From the NCBI GenBank assembly GCA_951406725.2, contig OX597814.1, positions 8,184,001-8,248,000 on the forward strand: a DNA stretch of 64,000 nt, in the 5' to 3' direction. The notes beneath the pieces are model-generated. The model was given only the letters and a program-made list of their open reading frames with translations. It was not told where the DNA came from and made no database searches. A program made the translations under genes and the position numbers. The stretch is from Octopus vulgaris. Lineage: Eukaryota. Shown here piece by piece: positions 15,001 to 28,470 of the stretch (within the stretch, counting starts at the first letter, position 1; every line of letters starts with the position of its first letter).

Positions 15001-18000
15001 TGCTCCTTGATGGTAGCTGACACATAGGAGACATTGTTTCTCCATGGTCATAGCTGACACCTAAGAGACGGTGTTGTACCTTGGTCATAGCTGACACCTA
15101 AGAGACGGTGTTGCTCCTTGGTCCTAGCTTACACCAAAAAGACGGTGTTGCTCCTTGGTCATAGCTGACACATAAGAAACTGTGTTGTTCCTTGGTCGTA
15201 GCTGACACCTAAGAGACGGTGTTGCTCCTTGGTCATAGCTGACACCTAAGAGACGGTGTTGCGCCTTGGTCATAGCTGACAACTAAGAGATGGTGTTGCT
15301 CCTTGGTCCTAGCTGACACATAAGAGACTGGGTTGCTCCTTGGTCATAGCTGACACCTAAGAAACGTTGTTGCTCCTTGGTCCTAGCTGACATGTAAGAG
15401 ACGGTGTTGCTCCTTGACCGTAGCTGACACATAGGAGACAATGTTGCTCCTTGGTCATAGCTGACACCTAAGAGACGGTGTTGTACCTTTGTCATAGTTG
15501 ACACCTAAGAGACGGTGTTGCTCCTTGGTCATAGCGACACCTAAGAAACGGTGTTGTTCCTTGGTCATAGCTGACACATAAGAGACGGTGTTGCTCCTTG
15601 GTCATAGTTGACACTTAAGAAACGGTGTTGCTCTTTGGTCATAGCTGACACCTAAGAAACGGTGTTGCTCCTTGGTCATAGTTGACACCTTTGAGACAGT
15701 GTTGTTCCTTGGACATAGCTGACACGTAAGAGACGGTGGTGTTCCTTCGTCCTAGCTGACACATAAGAGACAATGTTGCTCCTTGGTCCTAGCTGACAAC
15801 TAAGAGACGGTGTTGCTCATTGGTTATAGCTGACACCTAAGAAACGGTGTTGCTCCTTGGTCATGGCTGACATCTAAGAGTCGGTGTTGCTCCTTGGTCT
15901 GGCTGACATCTAAGAGATGGTGTTGCTCCTTGGTCTGGCTGACACCTAAGAGACGGTGTTGCTCCTTGGTCCTATCTGACACCTAAGAAACGCTGTTGCT
16001 CCTTGGTCCTAGCTGACACATCAGAGACTGTGTTGCTCCTTGGTCTTAGCTGACACCTAAGAAACAGTGTTGCTCCTTGGTCATAGCTGACACCTTTGAG
16101 ACGGTATTTCTCCTTGGTCCTCGCTGACACCGAAGAGACGGTGTTGTTCCTGGGTCATAGCTGATCACTAAGAGACGGCGTTGCTTCTTGGTCATGGCTG
16201 ACACCTAAGAGACGGCGATGTTCCTTGGTCATAGCTGATGCCTAAAGACGGCGTTGTTCCTTTGTCGTAGCCGACACATATCAGACGGTGTTGCTCCTTG
16301 GTCCTAGCTAACACTTAAGAGACGGTGTTGCTCCTTGGTCATAGCTGACACCTAAGAGACGGTGTTGCTCTTTGGTCATAGCTGACACACAAGAGACGTT
16401 GTTGCTTCTTGGTCCTAGCTGACATCTAAGAGACGGTGTTGCTCCTTGGTCCTAGCTGACACCTAAGAGACGGTGTTACTCCTTGGTCATAGCTGACACC
16501 TAATAGACGGTGTAGCTCCTTTGTCATAGCTGACACATTAAGAGACGGTGTTGCGCTTTGGTCCTTGCTGACACCTAAGAAACGGTGTTGTTCCTTGGTC
16601 ATAGCTGACACCTCAGGGACGGTGTTGCCCCTTGGTCCTAGCTGACACACAAGAGACGGTGTTGCTCCTTGGTCCTAGCTGACACCTAAGAGACGGTGCT
16701 GCTTATTGGTCATAGCTGACACCTAAGAAACGGTGTTGTTCCTTGGTCATAGCTGACACATGAAAGACGGTGTTGCTCCTTGGTCATAGCTGACACCTAT
16801 GAGACGGTGTTCGTCCTTGGTCATAGCTGACACCTAAGTTACGGTGTTATTCCTTGGTCATAGCTGACACCTAAGAGACGGTGTTGTTCCTTGGTCATAG
16901 CTGACATGTAAGAGACGGTGTTGCTCCTTGATCATAGCTGACACATAAGAGACGGTGTTGCTCCTTCGTCCTAGCTGACACTTTAGAGACTGTGTTGCTT
17001 CTTTGTCATCGCTGACACCTAAGAAACAGTGTTGCTCCTTGGTCATAGCTGACACCTAAGAGACGGTGTAGCTCCTTGGTCATAGCTGACACATTAAGAG
17101 ACGGTGTTGCGCTTTGGTCCTTGCTGACACCTAAGAAACGGTGTTGCCCCTTGGTCCTAGCTGACACACAAGAGACGGTGTTGCTCCTTGGTCCTAGCTG
17201 ACACCTAAGAGACGGTGCTGCTCATAGGTCATAGCTGACACCTAAGAAACGGTGTTGTTCCTTGGTCGTAGCTGACACATGAAAGACAGTGTTGCTCCTT
17301 GGTCATAGGTGACACCTAAGAGACAGTGTTGCTCCTTGGTCGTAGCTGACACCTAAGAGACGGTGTTGTTCCTTGGTCATAGCTGACACATAAGAGACGG
17401 TGTTGCTCCTTGGTCTTAGCTGACACATTAGAGACTGTTTTGCTCCTTGGTCATAGCTAGCACCTAAGAAACGGTGTTGCTCTTTCGTCCTAGCTGACAT
17501 CTAAGAGACGGTGTTGCTCCTTGGTCATAGCTGACACCTAAGAGACGGTGTTGCTCCTTTGTCCTAGCTGACATGTAAGAGACGGTGTTACTCCTTGATC
17601 ATAGCTGACACATGAGACGGTGTTGCCCGATGGTCATAGCTATCGCCTAAGAGACGGTGTTGCTCCTTCGTCCTAGCTGACACCTAAGAGACGGTGTTGC
17701 CCCTTGCTCATAGCTGACAGCTAAGAAACGGTGTTGTTTTTGGTCCTAGCTGACATTTAAGAGACGGTGTTGCACCTTGGTCATAGCTGACACCTAAGAA
17801 ACGATGTTGTTCCTTGGTCATAGCTGACACCTAAGAGACGGTGTTTCTTCCTGGTCATAGCTGACACCCAAGAGTCGTTGTTGCTCCTTTGTCATAGCTG
17901 ACACATAGGAGACAGTGTTGCTCCTTGGTCATAGCTGACTCCTAAGAGACGGTGTAGCCCTTGGTCATAGCTGACACCTAAGAAACGGTGTTGCTTTTTG

Positions 18001-19048
18001 GTCCTAGCTGACATTTAAGAGACGGTGTTGCTCCTTGATCATAGATGACACCTAAGAATCGTTGTTGCTCCTTTGTCATAGCTGACACCTAAGAAACGAT
18101 GTTGTTCCTTGGTCATAGCCTACACCTAAGAGACGGTGTTGCTCCTTGGTCGTAGCTGACACCTAAGAGACGGTGTTGTTCCTTGGTCATTGCTGACACC
18201 TAAGAGACGGTGTTGTTCGTTGGTCCTAGCTGACAACTAAGAGACTGTGTTGCTCCTTGGTCATAGCTGACACCTAAAAGGCGGTATTGCTCCTTGGTCA
18301 TAGCTGACACATAAGAGACAGTGTTGCTCCTTTGTCTAGCTGACACCTAAGAGACGATGTTGCTCCTTGGTCTGGCTGACACTTAAGAGACGGTGTTGCT
18401 CCTTGTTCTGGCTGACTCCTAAGAGTCGGTGTTGTTCCTTGGTCATAGCTGACTCCTTTGAGACGGTATTTCTCCTTGGTCCTCGCTGACACCGAAGAGA
18501 CGGTGTTGTTCCTGGGTCATAGCTGATCACTAAGAGACGGCGTTGCTTCTTGGTCATGGCTGACACCTAAGAGACGGCGATGTTCCTTGGTCATAGCTGA
18601 TGCCTAAAGACGGCGTTGTTCCTTTGTCGTAGCCGACACATATCAGACGGTGTTGCTCCTTGGTCCTAGCTAACACTTAAGAGACGGTGTTGCTCCTTGG
18701 TCATAGCTGACACCTAAGAGACGGTGTTGCTCTTTGGTCATAGCTGACACACAAGAGACGTTGTTGCTTCTTGGTCCTAGCTGACATCTAAGAGACGGTG
18801 TTGCTGCTTGGTCCTAGCTGACACCTAAGAGACGGTGTTACTCCTTGGTCATTGCTGACACCTAAAAGACGGTGTTTCTCCTTGGTCATAGCTGACACCT
18901 AAGAGTCGGTGTTGCTCCTTTGTCATACTTGACACATAAGAGACGGTGTTGCTCCTTGGTCATAGCTGACACCAAAGAGTCAGTGTTGTTCCTTGGTCCT
19001 AGCTGATACCTATGAGACGGCGTTGCTCCTTGGTCATAGCTGACACAT
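1..19048. repeat. 37-bp tandem satellite array, roughly 510 monomers; continues beyond the window start
   Basis: Consensus GTTGCTCCTTGGTCATAGCTGACACCTAAGAGACGGT recurs with period 37 (e.g. 141 to 178) and stops abruptly at ~19048. All ORFs called here are translations of the repeat. Confidence 0.98.
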
Positions 19049-19229
19049 CACAGGAAGAGATATAACATAATTGTTTTATCGGCTGTGGTCAGTTTAACAA
19101 AGGACTGACATTTTTTGACCATTACAGGTCCTAGGGTGTTGACGGTTTCCTCATCAATCATCTAGTGTGGAGGATTTCTCGCTCGTTTTGACAATAAGCC
19201 CGTTGGTTTGGTTTCAAAACTCAGGCAGG

Positions 19230-19290
19230 GTCAATCTAAATCTCCACATATATATGTATGTATGTACGTATGTATGTTTGTATGTTTGTA

Positions 19291-19363
<73 letters not shown>

Positions 19364-19395
19364 TCATATATGTATGTGCGTGTGTGTTTGTGTGT
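19230..19395. repeat. Compound (TATG)n/(TG)n/(TA)n microsatellite
   Basis: Directly visible simple repeats. Confidence 0.95.
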
Positions 19396-19675
19396 TAAGC
19401 AAGATATAAATTTGTGGTTCTCCAATCATCTAAAGTATAGCCGATTCCATTGGCACTCCTGGTGTATTACCTCACTGTGTATAGTCCTAGCTATAAGGTA
19501 TAGGGTAGCAGATAATTTATATGCAAAACCCTGGTTTAATATATGTGTGCGTGTACGTGGACGCACCACCTGACGGTTTGTGGAAAAACGCTCCAACTAA
19601 TGGCCACCATTGGAGAAAACCGGATAAATTCTCTGGTGACATAGAATAATGTAAGTGAAGTCTCTGGAGGTGTCA

Positions 19676-19950
19676 GAAATGAAAGTGAAATCTTCTCTAA
19701 CCTACATTCACCTTCCTTTCATATAAAAAAAAACTATTTCAGGTTTTTCTTCTTTTGAAAAGGTTTCTTTATGTCGTCTGTTGTAGATAATAATAAACTT
19801 TTATCACAAAATGTTAGTACAAGTAAATTGTGTTAAAGGAGGGCAGAGGGGGAAGTGTTTTTTCTCGGAAAAACACTGATGTCATACAAAGTTGTTGTTA
19901 AACCAATCAACACCTTAAAAACGATTAGATAAAGATTCAAGTTTCATTTT
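19676..19950 (+). promoter_or_regulatory. Putative Pol II promoter with IRF-E/ISRE-like, GAS-like, CRE-like and CCAAT motifs
   Basis: GAAATGAAAGTGAAA 19676-19690; TTCTCGGAA 19862-19870; TGATGTCA 19877-19884; AACCAATCA 19901-19909; AGTTTCATTTT 19940-19950; followed by a consensus splice donor. Confidence 0.5.
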
Positions 19951-19968
19951 GCTCAGAGTTGTGACGAG
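19940..19968 (+). other. Candidate non-coding first exon (start approximate)
   Basis: GAG|GTAAGT donor at 19968/19969, just downstream of the CCAAT box. Link to the exon at 32413 is inferred. Confidence 0.4.
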
Positions 19969-21194
19969 GTAAGTTTTTTTCGTTTTACATCTTCCTAATT
20001 TAATTTCTTTAATCCCGTCACTCCATTGCTTTACAAATACTTTACAAAATCGATTTCAATACTTTTCCTTACATTATAACTACGTGGATTTGTTGTTTCC
20101 TCTCCGTTTTCAGAATGTGTGTGTCTGTGTAAGTATTTCCAAGTGTTGTGGGTATACGTGATGTGTGTCATTATGTATGTTTTCAAAGCCATCGATATTT
20201 TCCCCCATCATTGGAACCTCTTGAAGCTATTTCTACTAAATTTCATTCAAGAACATCAACTTTTCTGAAAGTTACGAACAAACAAAATCGATGGAGGGGG
20301 CACCTGTGTAAGGTATGCCATGTTTTCCTTGTCATAAAAGGAAGACCTGTAATAAAGTCACAAATAATTTGTCCCCCACCCTAGGACAAAACACCCTCGG
20401 ACAATCGCCTCCACCTCTGGTCAAAACTCCCATAGTTTTCCTGTTAATTTTTGGTTACCTGGATTCCATAAAATTATGTTGAAAGTTTTAACGTACGTGA
20501 AGCTAGAAATGGCAGCCAAATCTCCTCATATAGGCCACACCCTAGTAGAAGACAATTGTTTCATTATCAGGGATACTAACACGTCAGTTTCATGTTGATA
20601 TTTAAGACGATGGGGGCATTTCTGGCAAATGACCGCCGCCCCAGTAGAATGAAAATATAGCAAATGTGGGCTAGGATTGAAACAGGAGTTGTAGTGAGAA
20701 GCAACCGAAGAGGTATGTGGAAACTTGTTTGGATTTGGTTTGAGAGAATCTCTGAATAAACAGATTCTATTTTTCTTTCGGTTCTTTATTAATTGATGTA
20801 ATACACCATACATACATACATACAGATATAGTATACATTTCATACATATACACACACATATACAATGCCTGTATACATTCATAAATGCGGGGTGGGAGGG
20901 ACAAATTCAGAGTTGGAAATGCCGTGTGGTTTTTAGCGAAATCGGAATAATTTGTTATCATCGAAAACGTGGGAATTATTTATCCAAGATTTCCCAACAG
21001 GTTTTCTATTAATTGAAGCCGCTTTAGTAAAAGGTTACTCTTTAATGTTTGTTGATTATGGAAATATATTTACACGTTACCTCACCTTTTTTTACTTCGA
21101 TTCATTTTCAGTCTTAATTTTATTGCTTTCATTTTGATTTCTTGGGTGCGGCGTAAAAAGGCCGTAACATGTCACATGGGTTTTTGTTTACATG

Positions 21195-21347
21195 TTTTCT
21201 TTCTTCCTTTCTTTCTTTACTTCTTTCTTTCTCTCTTTCTTTCTTTCCTTCCTTCCTCCCTTCTCTCTCTCTTTCTCTCTTCCTCTCTGCCTCCCTCCTT
21301 CTCTTTCTTTCTTTCTCTCTCTCTCTCACTCTCTCTCTCTCTCTCTC
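21195..21347. repeat. (CTTT)n/(CT)n polypyrimidine microsatellite
   Basis: Directly visible. Confidence 0.9.
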
Positions 21348-24300
21348 ATCGGTCGTGTTATTATTTGCTCCGCAGTGAAAGATTGTTTTTGTGCTGAAAA
21401 TTGTGAACATTTGTTGTTTTGATCGTCGAGATCACTTCTTTTCTGCTGTTGCAGCTGAGTTTTGCTGTTGTTTCCGCCTTGTTTCAAGGGGGAAGCGGCA
21501 AAAAACATGAATTTGCCACCAATTTCTTCCGAGTCGGAGGAAAACTTTGAAAATTTTGTTTGAAGGCAGAGAGACGAAAATGTGGGAGGAGGAAGGTAAA
21601 AGTATAGAGGCGTCTCACGCGCTCGTTACAAAAGCAGACGACAAGATGTCGAGCGAGGCTAAACAAGAGGAAAAGTCAAAATTAAATTTTGCGTGTTCAG
21701 CAACTGGCCCCTGTGAAAAAACATCGTAATAAACACGGAAGATTTACAGAAATTTCAAGGACTTCTCAAAAAAGAAGGTGAAAATGTGAAGTTGCTCCGT
21801 CCCAGTGAATTAATTAACGCGACGGAGAGAAAAGCTTTGATATATAAGAGGCACCATGTGAAAAATAGAAAAATTGACTTCACGCTGAGGGAAGCGATTG
21901 AAAAATGCTTGAGGCCGATATGGCAACAAACAGGTTATATAACGAGGGGTAGTCGCTTTGGCACTGTAGAGGTGCGTTTCCCTAGCAAAGAAAAAGCCAG
22001 GGAACATTCAACAATGACATTGAAGTCGGAAGAAGTAGTCCTCCTGCCAACTTACTTAGGAAGGAGAACTTTAAAAGTCAGGGTCACTGATATACCATCC
22101 GAAATAGATGTGGCCTGGGTGGTAGCCGCTATTCTCATGGGCAAATAGGAAGAAATTACAATTCTTCAAAGAGATACCACCACATGAACTAGTTTGGACA
22201 AGATTTAGAGCTTGTCATTCAAGCAAACCCCTCAGATTTAGAAAAAATGCCCAGTTCACTTATAATTGGGGAAAATACCAGCCTGATGGTGGTAGTCGTG
22301 GGGAGAAAGCCCAGGTGTTACAAATGTGGCGAGAAAGACCACATAATGTTGAACTGTAAGAAGAAGACAGCCAAAGAAAACGCAGCAGAAGAGGCAAGCA
22401 CGACACCAAAGACAACGACCACAGCGCTAGAAATAGCAGCCACGTCGCGCACACAAATTGCCGAAGTACAGCCGACAGCGGGAGAAAACAACAACAACAA
22501 CAACAACCAAGAGTGGGTCACCATGGAACCTTCAAAGAGAAGATGGAAACAAAAACTCCACCCTCTTCAGATACACAGTACTATGCTCCGAGATAGACAA
22601 GCACACCCTCAGCTGCAAACACACATGTAGCCAAAAAACCACACACACTGGAAATAGCACACACAAACACACACATACCTACCACAAGCACACACACACT
22701 TACAAACATCCACGCGTCTACAAGAACACACACACAGACACCTACCACAAGCACACACACACACACACCTACAAACACCCACGCGTCTACAAGCACACAC
22801 ACACCCCTCCACAATCGCCTAATATAAAAAAGAGAAACACGTTCACGGCGATAAACGAAAATAATAAACTCTTAAGGGACCAAATTGGTTTAATGAAATC
22901 GGCGAAAAAATATATCGCAACAGATTTAGATAGCATAATTCTCGAAAATGTTGAATTTTATACTATAGACAACACAGACTATTTCGAACTAAAAAAATCT
23001 TTTGTGGGGGATGTCGGCCCGTTACAGATGAACTTTTCGAGCCATCTGTACAGGCAAATCATGAAAAAAATGACCTCACAAACCACAACAGTCACAGACA
23101 GAAAAGAGGAGGATGAAACTACACCCTCTCTTAGGTTAAAACAGTAAGTTTTAAACATACAAATTATTTTTCACATTCTCGTTTAAACTCGGTTGTTTAA
23201 ATATTCGCAGCCTGGGGTTGTATTGGAAGCAAGGCTACCTCCTTAATGACCTTGGATCGCATTGTTTGGACGTAATTGTAATTACCGAATCCAGACTGAG
23301 TGGGCTGCAGGCCTTTTTGCCCCTTCTAAACGGCTACGAGAAATACATTTCTCCCTGTCAACCGGGAGTGGGGCGGAAGAGTGGCAGCGCTGGTCACATA
23401 AAAACCTGGATTTAGAGATTAGAACTGTCTTTATAGATCCAGAAGGCAGGCTGGTCGTTTCGGATGTGACTCACAGCAGTGGTAAAGTGTTCAGGCTGGT
23501 CGCTGTCTATGCTCCCTGCAAAGGAAAAGCCGGGCAGAAAGATTACTTCAAAAGTCTAGAGAATTTTCTCAGCACGTCGAACATGTTAGAATTGCTAGGT
23601 GACTTCAACACAATTTGCGATGCATGTGTAGATTATGTTGGCTTGAGAAAGAATAGGAGGGGATTACCTCACCTGAACGATCTGCTAAGTCGTTTTGAGT
23701 TGGCAGATCGATCAGACTGGACCACCCAGACACTCCAGCGTGGACCTGGGCAAGAAACGACGGGTCGTCCAGATCTTACATAGATAAAATCATTACTAGA
23801 AGGAAAGATAAGAAAATACTCAGTGGTCCACAACACCATATTGTCAGCTACAGCGATCACAAATTAGTGACATGTACGCTCGACCTATATAGTATGTGTA
23901 GACGAGGTACCGGTTGCTGGAAACTAAACAAGTCACTATTGGACTGTAAAGCCTACAGGAAGCGGATTAGACAGTTAGTAATGAGGGCGTTAACTGGATC
24001 CATTATCAACAACAAAAAAGAGCCATCAAATTTGAGTCGATTAGGTTTAGCAAAGAATTAGATAGTTCTAGAAACAAATTAGAAAAGGAACTAGTTAAGG
24101 CAGTAGATGAGGCAATGAGGTCAGGCAGTGCATCGAAAGTGTTAGCGGCGAGGTTGGCACTCGACCAACATCTCAAAGCTAAACACGAAGGGTGCATTGT
24201 CAGGGCTAAGATCCGTGCAATGAGACAGGAAGGGATCAATGCAACTGGTTGGGCCCGGGTGGTAGAGGGCCAGCATGGCAACAACTCAACCATTCGATCT

Positions 24301-26430
24301 TTGACAGACCCAAATGCTCAATCAGTAAACGGAGATGTGCAAGGTGTTTCTCGATCATTTCACCCAGCTATTCGGGAGGAGTGGCAGACTGGAGCGTCGA
24401 GAGAAGCTCGCAGACTTCCTGGCCGGTTCGCCATGTCTATCGATGCCGGACGCGGAATCTTGTGAGGCGCCGATCACAGCCAAGGAAGTCGAGGATGTGT
24501 TGGCAGACTGTGGCAGGGACAAATCGCCGGGACACGATGGTCTGCCTTACGAACCCTATAGTAGCATGCCAGACTTGTTTGGGCACCTACTTGCATGCGT
24601 GTACACCAACTGGCAGCAGAACGGGAGAATTCCCAAGTCTGTGAGCCAAGGGGTGGTAGTGCTGTTAAGAAAGGACCCAAACAATGGAGATTTAATTGAT
24701 AATTTTCGGCCCATCACTCTGCTTGACGCAGAATTGAAGATTTTGGCCAAGGTCTTAGCAAAAAGGTTGGCGCGGGTCGTGGGTGAACTTGTTGGCGAGG
24801 CGCAAACTTGCGCCATCCCTGGAAGGACCATCCACGACAGTCTCCACTTTCTACGCTATGCCTTAGAAAGGGTAAATGGGATTCCTGGCAAGGGTGGGGC
24901 TATGGTCCACTTGGACCAATTGAAAGTGTACGATAGGGTAGACCATCAGTATCTGGCGGTGGCTGGCTTCGGCCCGAGCTTCTGCGGATAGATCAATGCT
25001 TTATACAGCAACAGTGAATCGGTAGTTCGGGTGAATGGTTTCTTTTCGGAGCCATTCCGTTTTGAACGTTCAGTACGTCAAGGGTGCCCTCTCAACCCGC
25101 TTCTCTATGTTTTGGCCCTTGAGCCATTGCTGAGGAGGTTGGAAACTATGAGGAGTGCTCCGCAAGATCTAGAGTGTGGAAAGTCAGCTTCGGCGTATGC
25201 GGACAACATAACCGGGTCGAGTACCTACAGTTAGTGGGTGAGGCCTTAAGAGATTATGAAGCGGTGGCAGGAGCGAAAGTCAACCAGGATAAATCGGTTG
25301 GCTTACAACTCGTAGGACGTTGGACGGAAGGGCCGGTGAAAATGCTTGGAATTTGGTTAGGTCCAGATCTCCAGATAGAGAAGAATTAGAGCGAGGTGGC
25401 GAGAAAGGTGGTTCTCCTAACTCAGACCTGGTCTGAGCGGAAGCTGTCCTTGAAAGGGAGGGCGGAGGTTGCAGAGGTGTTTATCGCCTGACCATCGTGC
25501 CTTGCCCCGATTCATGGCTGAACAAGCTGCAATGCATGCTCTTTCGCTTTTTGTGGAGGGGCAGCAGACTTCTTGTAAGGCACTCTATCTGCTGCCAAAA
25601 GCCGCTGAGGGGTGGGTTAGGGATGCCGTGGCTAAAAATGTGCAGACATGCGCTCATGCTTAGGCACCTCTGGTTTTACCTGGACGGTGAGCTGGTGTGG
25701 TCTCCGTTCATCAAGTTGTTATTTCCACAGTTCGCATCATTTACAAAACTGAGCCCATGGATCAGGTGTAGACCGAGGTTGGGTGTGTGGCATGCAGAGT
25801 GCCATCAGGCACTTGTGCTTCTCTTCCAGTCGGGCAACACCGGTGGCGGGGGTACTACCTCATTCTTCTATAGAGGGTTAGTAGAGTTTAAGTGTGACGA
25901 CGTCCTGGGAGAAACCCTAGGCTTCAACGCAGATCAACTGGCCAGCCTGTTCCAAAGAACATTCGGGCTGGGGCCTATGGATAATTACCAAAAGTCCCTG
26001 GCCTGGCAATGTTACAGAGGAGCTTTACCCGTTCGAGATAAGCTCTTTAGACATGGGTGTACACCATCGCCAGTTTGTACAAGATGCGAGTGGGACAGTG
26101 AAACTGTCCTACATGCGATTGCGCAATGCCCCAAGGTGACTGAGCTCTGGGCTTATGTCGAACACCTGCATTCAAGAAGAGTACAACTGTCAAGTGAATC
26201 TGTAATTAAGGTTGTTCCGCTGACCTCCCTGAACAGGGAGGAGCGAGCCTGTTTTCTCTCGGTAGTTGCTGTGGTGAAAGAGGTACAATGGAAGACGAGA
26301 GTGAAAGGAATTGCAACAGACATGTTCATCTCCAGTCTCGAGCTAATCAACTTTTTCGTTTTCCACATGAAACGGAAAATAAGGCTGGAGAAGAAATGCC
26401 TGTCACAAAGTGTGTTTCGTAAAAGATGGA
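21348..26430 (+). mobile_element. Decayed, near full-length Tx1-type (L1 clade) non-LTR retrotransposon; boundaries approximate
   Basis: ORF1 with RGSRFGTVEVRF and a CCHC knuckle, then APE, RT and C-terminal Cys/His segments in order, broken by stops and frameshifts. Confidence 0.92.
21580..23147 (+). pseudogene. Tx1 ORF1 (RRM-like region plus zinc knuckle), disrupted; CA-rich duplicated insert at ~22620-22810
   Basis: ORFs 21786-22148, 22247-22630 (RCYKCGEKDHIMLNC) and 22458-23147 (FVGDVGPL) align with ORF1 of the - strand elements (FFHDVGPL). Confidence 0.85.
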
Positions 26431-26495
26431 GAATGTACTCAACTCTTACCCTCCCCCAAATTTTCAGACCTTGTGCTTACAGTAGAAAGGATTAA
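23190..26495 (+). pseudogene. Tx1 ORF2 (AP endonuclease plus reverse transcriptase), frameshifted
   Basis: GCLNIR, LLGDFN, SDHK, KSPGHDGLP, NFRPITLL, VRQGCPL, AYADN, CTRC...ETVLH...C. Confidence 0.92.
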
Positions 26496-27819
26496 AGTTG
26501 ACATAGATGTGTAAATTTGATGTTGAAAGGGAGAAAAAAGCAGTTCAACTCCAATTGAAATCAATTTTTTCCTTGTAACATTGCGTCTGCTTAATGTTTG
26601 TCATAGAAAGGGCTCCACTCATTTTCACTTAGACGTGCGACTCTTGAAAAAGGAGCAGACGGTCTTTCGGAATAGCTACAAATAAAGTTCTTTTTTTTTT
26701 TTTTATAGGTTTTTTTTCTTTAATTATCTGCTAATGAATTTGGAAATAATCTTTAGGAAAAATTTATTTATTGAACTGCTCAAATAAATAAATTTTTGTA
26801 GATTTAATAAATGGGATTTTGTAAAATTTCAGTATGACTTAAAAAATTGCAGCTCAACTTTAATTGAAATTTCCTTTTTTTTTTTTTTGTAACAATTTGA
26901 ATTTGTGATGAGTGTATTTAGAAACTTTATCTTCCCCTCATTATATTACCAGAATTTCTTTGGGTTCCTGTCTTCCATATTGGAGATTAGGATTTTGTCT
27001 CAAAAATATGTTTTCAAAATGTTAATAACTTTTACTTTCTCCACCCCAATTTTGAATTTTTTACTTTTTTCAAAACTATTTTTTTTAAATCCACAACGAA
27101 AAATAGAGATTTTTTTATCTTTACAAATTTTTTATTTTCAGTTTTTTTTAAAGAAACTCAAATTCCTTCCCCCAACCTGCACCCATCACCTCTGAATGTT
27201 TTACCGTTAGCATTTTTTAAAGCATCAAAGTTTTTCTTGAAATAATGTTGTTTAGCTGTTGTTTCTAGCATGTTGGGATTTCTGGTGGTGGTCTGATATT
27301 TTTGACATCTGCTATTTCAGTAGAATTCTATGCATTTGTGAAACATCAGACGAAAGTGAAACATTCTGAGTTTTTAGTTTTTTGAAAGCAGGGAGATGAT
27401 GGGTGGTTGAGGTGGGGGAAGGGGCATTGTGTGTTTCTTAAAAAAAATACACAATGAATTAAAAAAAAATTCCAAAAAGAGTTTAAAATTAAGAAGTCAA
27501 AATTTTGAAAACTGGATTTTTTGACAAAACCATATTCTCCTATATCAAACACAGAAATTCAAAAGAGTTTTTGAAAAAAACACATCATAAATGGGTGGTG
27601 TACACATTCTTTACCTTTGCCAAATTTCATGGTTTTAACAGGTGTAGTGTTTATCTTTACTTTAAAAAAGTGTGGTTGTTTGCATGTTTGGAATCTCCAT
27701 CATCGAAAACAGGAATCCAGTGCAAATAAAAATAATCGGAAAGGTTGGTTTTGGGGTTGGTAACTGTGCACCAGGTCTGCCATAAAAATACATGGTGGGT
27801 GCACACATATTAATGGGGG

Positions 27820-28470
27820 TAGGGTGCAAAATGAGTAAACGGGGCAAAATGAGTAACTTCTGATTTCTTCCTCCCTATGTGAAATCCCTTACTTTGTAAG
27901 CATTGCATCACCATTTTGTATTGCTACATTATACTTGGGGATAAAAACTGGTTGTTGCTGTTGAAGTTGTGGAAGTACAAAGCATAGTCAAAGGGCAGGT
28001 CCCCTCTTTTTTTTGTCAAGAAATTTCTCTTCAAATTTGACCCAATTGTAATTGAGGTTGCTAATAAAATATCTGGATAATTTTTCATGCTAAACAATCA
28101 ATATTGATTTCTCTGCTGGATTCCAAGTCGATTTTTCCCCACACTAATGTCTAATTTGATAATCTTCAAGTTTCCAAAAAGTTACAACGAGTAATGACTA
28201 ATTTCAGTAACTTCTTCTCTTTAACTGCATGGTATCACAAACAGAACATTCCAGCAGATCGTGAAGAAGAAGAAGAAGAATATTTTCATTCATTTCATAT
28301 CATGTGCCATTTTTTCCCTGATCCTCTTTCATTTGATTTAGATTTTTAAATGTTATTCTTTTGGCATGTCTGAATGTTTCTGACGTTTTCAGATGGATAT
28401 CTGTATGCGTCTGTTTTCTGAAGAACTGAAGCAACACATTTATATTATCTTGTCTTACTCATTTTGCCCC
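27820..28470. mobile_element. Possible non-autonomous DNA transposon remnant
   Basis: GGGGCAAAATGAGTAA at 27841-27856 (partial tandem copy just upstream) and its perfect 16-bp inverse at 28455-28470; no ORF. Confidence 0.4.

Noticed and set aside
1-19048. CRISPR array or protein-coding repeat (37-bp unit, many - strand ORFs)
   Set aside because: Units are contiguous with no unique spacers, there are no cas genes, and the ORFs are short frame-rotating translations of the monomer.
20114-20128. Possible 15-nt micro-exon (TTTTCAG...GTAAGT)
   Set aside because: Splice-like motifs only; nothing else supports it.
19167-21422. ORFs rich in YI, VC, ER or SL
   Set aside because: Translations of microsatellites.
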